Positions 58,601 through 64,000 of a stretch of DNA of 64,000 bases are shown piece by piece. Source of the stretch: Klebsormidium nitens (taxonomy: Eukaryota > Plantae > Klebsormidiophyceae); contig DF237186.1 in assembly GCA_000708835.1 (NCBI GenBank), positions 1-64,000 of the forward strand, read 5' to 3'. The notes under the pieces were generated by a model. That model saw only the letters and a program-made list of their open reading frames with translations. It searched no databases and had not been told where the DNA came from. Each line of letters begins with the position of its first letter. Position 1 is the stretch's first letter. Position numbers and translations under genes: made by a program.

Positions 58601-60985
58601 AGGCTGCGGTCTTCAACTCTCGTCAAACCAAGGTAGCCCAGAGCCTCATATTGAGCGCACGCTAAGCGGTATCTCTGCACTTATTACTGTACGCACGACG
58701 AGCAACGCTCTGGCTACTTGTTGGGGAGTCGATGCAACTTGACGCTTTTATGAAGCAGGCAAGATTCATGCGAGATCCAAGGTCGACAATCTGCGAAGCA
58801 GATCGAAGAGGCACAATGATACCCACACCTTATTCGCGACAGGCAAGGAATGTTGTCGAGGAAAATCAGAATTGGTGAAGGACAGTGCAATCCACCAGCA
58901 TGAAAATCAGAATTGGGGAAGGACAGTGCAATCCACCAGTATAAAGAGGGATGCGGACTTACTGTTGGGGAGCATCGGGGGAGCCGTGTATGCACAACAT
59001 CTGCAGGGGGACAACAAGCGCAATCAAGACGATGCCTCAAGGAAGGAACACATCTTGACCAGAATCAATCCCCCCTTCTGGCTCTTTTCAGGAAGAGCAA
59101 TGCAGGTGGCAAAACAGACAGTGCAAATCGAGTGACGAAGTGCGCCTGTTCGCTCTTCCTGCTTCTTTCATCAGAGCGGAGGTTCGAGTTTTGGCTGCCC
59201 TAGACCGCTTCTCTGTCCAGTCTTTTCAGATTGACAACGAAGTATGCAGTAGACACTTCAATCAATTGAAGCCTGTGAGACCGAAGGAGCTGGTATTCAA
59301 ATCACGGATTCACGTCAGGCAGTGAAGAAAAAGAAGTCATGGTTCTCAGTAAGGTCTCACCCTCGGCTGGGGCTGCGGTTTTGGGCCTCGTAAGCAGCGC
59401 TGGACATCTGCAGAACTAGGCAGTCAAGGACACGAAGTGGCAGTGCGAACAAAAGCTTGGCTTTCTTAACGTTAAGAGGATAAGATGCAAAAAGGCGTTA
59501 TCAATACCATCCAAACGGGTTTCAGGCAGTAAGTGGGGGAGAACCCTTGACGAGAATCGCAACAAAGTTAACATGCATCGCCCCTCAAGCGGTCCAAATT
59601 CACGAGCTGATTGGTCAGGCGTAAGGTCTTACGCAAACTTCGCGCTTCCTCAAGACAGAATCTTGAGCAAGAACCAAATACAATGTCAGTTTCTCGAAGC
59701 AGGCTCTGATTGATTCATAACATGGCGCGACGCTGGAAGTGAGTAGAGTGGAGGAGGATACAGCACAGCGCCATTGACAGCGCCCCAGACAGGTAGGTAG
59801 TCCGATTCGGCTCGCCCCCGCTGCCCCCATCTTTCCACTTCTGCTCTGCCTCCGAAACGACCCTCTGTATTCGCGAAGCAAGTATGCTTCCGATGCCCCT
59901 CTCTCCCTCTTCTGAAACCCCGTTCGCACTTCCGTTTGTTGCCGCAGGCTGGGCGTTGGATGGGCCTTGTTTGGAGGCCGCGGAGTCGAAAATGTACGCA
60001 CTGGCAGAGGGGCGTGAGGGGGGGTGTAAAGCTAGACAAGAAGTTTGTGAGGAGAGTGGCACATTCGAGCCTCAAAGGACTCGGTCAAACTTACACCTTT
60101 GATATTTAATAAAGAAGATACGAACTTGACCATGCCTGGCCAATGAGAATAAGTCCATCAGAAGGGATCACCTGGGTAAAAGAAGTTTTTGGGGCTGTCG
60201 AAGCCTGAGAATAAAGTTCATTTGGCTAAATGGGGAAGAGAACAGCCCCTGAAGGCATGACCAGCCTGAAGTATGTTCACCCACTCTTACTCTCTAAAGG
60301 AGACTACCTGTCACCATAATGTCTCGGAGGCACCACGTTTGATGAAACCTGAGTAGGAACTTACCAGCCTTCTGTGCCAGCAGTGATGATTGCGACCTGG
60401 TTTTGGTGGTGCAGAAGAAGATACGAATTGACGAAGATAATCATCTGCACAGCGGGCCGCTTACTTTTCAATCTTTTGTAGGAGAATCTTCAGAACATAT
60501 AGTTCGCCAGTGTCGGTAGCTAATCAAAACAAAAATGATTGCAACTTATGATTACAACAAACGACTGTTCTCTCGATGCTACGGTGATGGAGTTTGAAAG
60601 CGGGGCCAACTTCTTTGTCGACATCTACAAACGGGCACTTGCTATTAGACCAGGAAAAAGGCTCTACAAAATTTCATGGACTTTTCTACAATGCTGGCCA
60701 TGTAATGCACCTTAGAGTTCTGAAGTTTGGAACAGTCTCCAGGAGTGTTCCACCATTTTGATTCTCACGGTTAGTGGTGGTGCTTATGAATCTAGAAGTA
60801 AACCTCCATTCCATCAGGAGTAAGTGGAGGGAAAGTTTGAAAGCCACACGAACCTGCTCTACCATGGCCTGGATTGAGAAAGCTGCTCCCATCCCATGCT
60901 TATCCCAAATGTAAGGGTTTATCTCAAGCGTGATCACCATAAGGCTAACGTCATCAGTGCGAGAAGGCACGGTGCCCTGTGCCAT
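55659..60985 (-). CDS. TFB4: General transcription factor IIH subunit 3 (p34/Tfb4), 11 exons
   Basis: Exons 60985-60854, 60444-60365, 60000-59762, 59407-59361, 59000-58963, 58488-58443, 57974-57921, 57374-57306, 56466-56390, 56122-56027, 55725-55659. Motifs [94 protein letters not shown]. Confidence 0.95.
58861..58942. repeat. Intronic 41-bp tandem duplication (2 copies)
   Basis: GAAAATCAGAATTGG(T/G)GAAGGACAGTGCAATCCACCAG occurs twice in the TFB4 intron next to exon 5. Confidence 0.85.
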
Positions 60986-61679
60986 GACTAAACGGACTGC
61001 TTAAGTGCTATGCAAACGACACTGCCCAGAGCAAGCCAGCATTTGCTCATTCATCCAAGGCATTGCCCTTGTCCTTCTGATTATCACCAAATGCCTAGGA
61101 ACTTCTCCAAGCCTGAACAAGTGGTGGCACCAATTCACCACTGCTCAGGAAAAGTTCTTGCAATTAATGCTTGAGATCATGTGCGCGATTCTTGTGGAGC
61201 CTTCGTTTATTCTTCGTGAATCGTCCATTCCTCCCCACCGTTTTGCCTCGTCTAGAGCTTCCCAATGCCAATGGAAGCCCGCTGCCCTTGTCGATGAGGT
61301 TCGTCCTCCCCAGATTGCTGTGGAAGTTTAGAGTTGCTCTGGAATCTACCAGGAAGAATCGGGATCGACGATTGCAGATCCATGGTGGAAGCTTCATCTT
61401 TTCATCGACGGTTTCAGAAGCATCACAATCCATCCTCCAGCGTACTGAAAGGACATAGCTAAAATCAGGCCTCGAGCTCGCTCTGCCTTTCCTTCCAACT
61501 TCATCTTCAAGTATTAAGGTAGGTACGTCACAAAATTCAGCCAGAAATCAAAACAGGGGCGCCATTTTGCTAAGAAGAAGGCGGGGAGATTGGAACGCTT
61601 TGTGGCCGTCTTCCCTGCATCCCGCTGTAGCTTATCTTCTGCAGGAGCTTTGTTGGTGTAGTTCATCCAGCGCGCAGGA

Positions 61680-62806
61680 ATGGCGTCTGCGATCGCTGCT
61701 CCGTCGGCGGCGGCCTTCTCCTCGCTCGTGTCCGCCTCTGCGGCGTCCTCAACATGTGGCAGACAAGCCACATACAGGGCCTGCCCTTACTCAAGGGCTC
61801 TTCCTGCTCGGCACAACGGCCTGTCCGCTATGCAGTTGCCCTCAACAAAGATGCATAGCCAGAAATTCAGGCCAGTTGCTCCCTGCCGCGCAAAGGTAGT
61901 TGCGGAGGCCAAGTCTGGGGCGCGGGTCCAGGATCCATGCGCAGAGGGAGGTAGGCGCAATCGCTTTTCTGCTCTGCTGAAGTCTGCAGAAGTGGGGTCC
62001 GCTTGTAGCATTGCTTATGTCAGCAGTTCAGCTTTGCATTCCCGTACCTTATGTGAAGCCTGCCGTAGGAATGCAGGTCTTTTTTTTGTGTCAGCCACTG
62101 GACCGTCTGAACTGTCATCCTTGCTTCAGTCTGCGGTAAAGATATGCTTGTGTAACTGCATTCTGCCGCCTGTAGTTGGGTTTTCTTGCTGCATTGAAAT
62201 GCTGCCAATGTGCAGAAAAGAAATTAGGTACCGTTGGTTGTTAGTGAACCCCAAGATCTGCTGAAAGATGCAGCAGCATCCCCGTTGCATTGCTGCTCAG
62301 CACCGCAAAAGGCTATGGAGGCATTCTTGTTGCTTTGCAGTGCAAACAAGTAGGCAGGCAGACATTGAGCAATTCACACCTTTTTGGCAATGCATGTTAG
62401 TAGCCGCGACTTGATACTTCCAACCTGCGGAGGCACGTACAAATGTCAGGTGCACATATGCTGAACTTTGCCTTTGGTCTTGGCAGTCACTGGCGTCGTT
62501 TCGGACAAGACCTGGGACGAGCTTGTGAAGAGCAGCAAAGTCCCCGTGTTGGTAGATTTCTGGGCCCCGTGGTGCGGACCCTGCCGGATGATTGCGCCCC
62601 TCATCGACGAGCTAGCAAAGGACTACAAGGGAAAGCTGTTGTGTTTGAAGCTGAACACCGATGAGAGCCCGAGCATCGCCACAGAGCACGGGATCAGGAG
62701 CATTCCGACCGTCATGATCTTCAAGGGCGGGAAGAAGCTCGACACTGTCATCGGGGCTGTTCCCATGACTACGCTGACGACCACTGTGGAGAAGTTCCTG
62801 GAATGA
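61680..62806 (+). CDS. TRXm: Plastid thioredoxin m-type
   Basis: Exon 61680-61950 (transit peptide) plus exon 62487-62806: [66 protein letters not shown]. Confidence 0.93.
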
Positions 62807-64000
62807 GAGGACCTGTAAATCTGCTTTCAAAGAGTAACATAGTGGCCGGGCATTTGAAGCGATGTTGTGATGAGGAGGAATGGGACGGCAGTCAATGTGC
62901 AGGGACGCTGCTGCCTTCCTGCATTTGGCGGTCATAGAGGGCCTCCACTGTATGGTTCATAGGGTTCCGGGTAGGAGGGGACTGCTGCTCCGGAGGTGTC
63001 AGAAGCTGGCTGCGGGGACGCTTCTGCATGGAGCTGAAGTGAGTTGCACTAAGTGGTGACTGGAGCAGCATCTGGACTTTCCACCTGTTTGAGCAATATT
63101 TGCAAGGAATCGAAGTCATCCAGCAGGAAAAGTAGGGACTGGGATCGGTTGTGTAGGTTGTTCATAAGCTGCGAAACTGTCCGTCCATTGTGCACAATGT
63201 TTCCGATCATGGTTGCTGGCAGGCCGAGTTGCATGGAAACCCGTTCTCGCAGCCTGCTTCGACATTTGCTTGCTTCTGTGGTCCCGATTGGTGGGACACC
63301 ATATGATGCAACTTTCAGTTTTTGCTTCCAATTGCATCGAGCACATTGCCTCCCTGGATTGCAAACTCTTTGGATGGTGTTTTGATTGTTGTTTCAGATT
63401 AGGGTTCGGGGTGGGATGGTTGCATTGCGCTCTTTCTTCGTGCGAATTAAAATGGTTCTGAAGCTTCTCAGTAATCTCAGACAACTGGATCTTGTGCAAG
63501 TGGTTCCCTGCTTGTACTGGAGCGTTCTTTTGTGTTCTTGTGCTGAATACTGATCAAAGCACAGGACAGAATCACCTACTGGTTGCGCCTATTACCCTTT
63601 TCCTTTCCAGTTTGGAAACTGGAACACTGGCTGGTAATGAGTCAAACCTATTCATCTGTGGCTGCCAGAGAATCCTCTCTGCAACATCCAGATTTGTTGC
63701 CTCTTTTGCACGTACAAAAGCATTCAGCTTGCTGCAGGCGCGCATTTGCAACAGCAGTTTCGTGGCTAACTGTTGTAATCCTCTTGATTTCTGTGCCTGG
63801 TATTCTAGGTTCTGATTAATGGGGTCCACTTAAATTTTGGATCAATGAGGAGAACGCCAATTTCTTGTTTTATGTGAGATTCTGATCAAGCTTTCTTTCC
63901 TATTCTGGTTTTTTCTGATAGGTTTTTTCCTTTTCTTACCAACTCTTTTGAATCTGTAATCAAGCTGGTACACCTTGTTCGGGTTTTTTGCTCTTACCTT

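Noticed and set aside
63049-63829. Several 60-130 aa ORFs at the right end
   Set aside because: No recognisable domain or consistent exon structure. A gene extending beyond the window cannot be excluded.
238-64000. Most other six-frame ORFs
   Set aside because: They are antisense or off-frame shadows of GC-rich exons, or exon read-through into introns, already explained by the spliced models.

Overview
This window is eukaryotic nuclear DNA with GT-AG introns and GC-rich exons. Gene content and style suggest a streptophyte/green alga, possibly Klebsormidium-like (inference). By hand I assembled nine spliced genes: BRX1 (-), a 29-exon NADH-dependent glutamate synthase GLT1 (+), RPS28 (-), the mitochondrial Rieske Fe-S protein (+), two tandem ARM-like/MYND-finger paralogs (-), COX16 (-), a plastid-targeted cyanobacterial-type ChuX/HutX-like protein (+), TFIIH p34/TFB4 (-) and thioredoxin m (+). 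A ~7.85 kb tyrosine-recombinase retrotransposon lies between the divergent BRX1 and GLT1 genes. It has split direct repeats, RT-RNaseH-methyltransferase-like pol on -, YR on +, and a CTA core at both ends and at the internal junction. A TG...CA LTR-type element with a 5-bp TSD is nested in one of its repeats. Three observations stand out. (1) Introns repeatedly contain degenerate tandem echoes of the neighbouring splice junction plus exon end, mostly spaced about 105-175 bp apart. (2) The retroelement's gag appears to be spliced, and two acceptors 8 nt apart would switch between Gag-only and a Gag-Pol fusion. (3) The element's circle junction looks like a recombinase core site with inverted arms and a 6-bp spacer. 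All gene models come from manual reading and were not checked against databases or RNA-seq.
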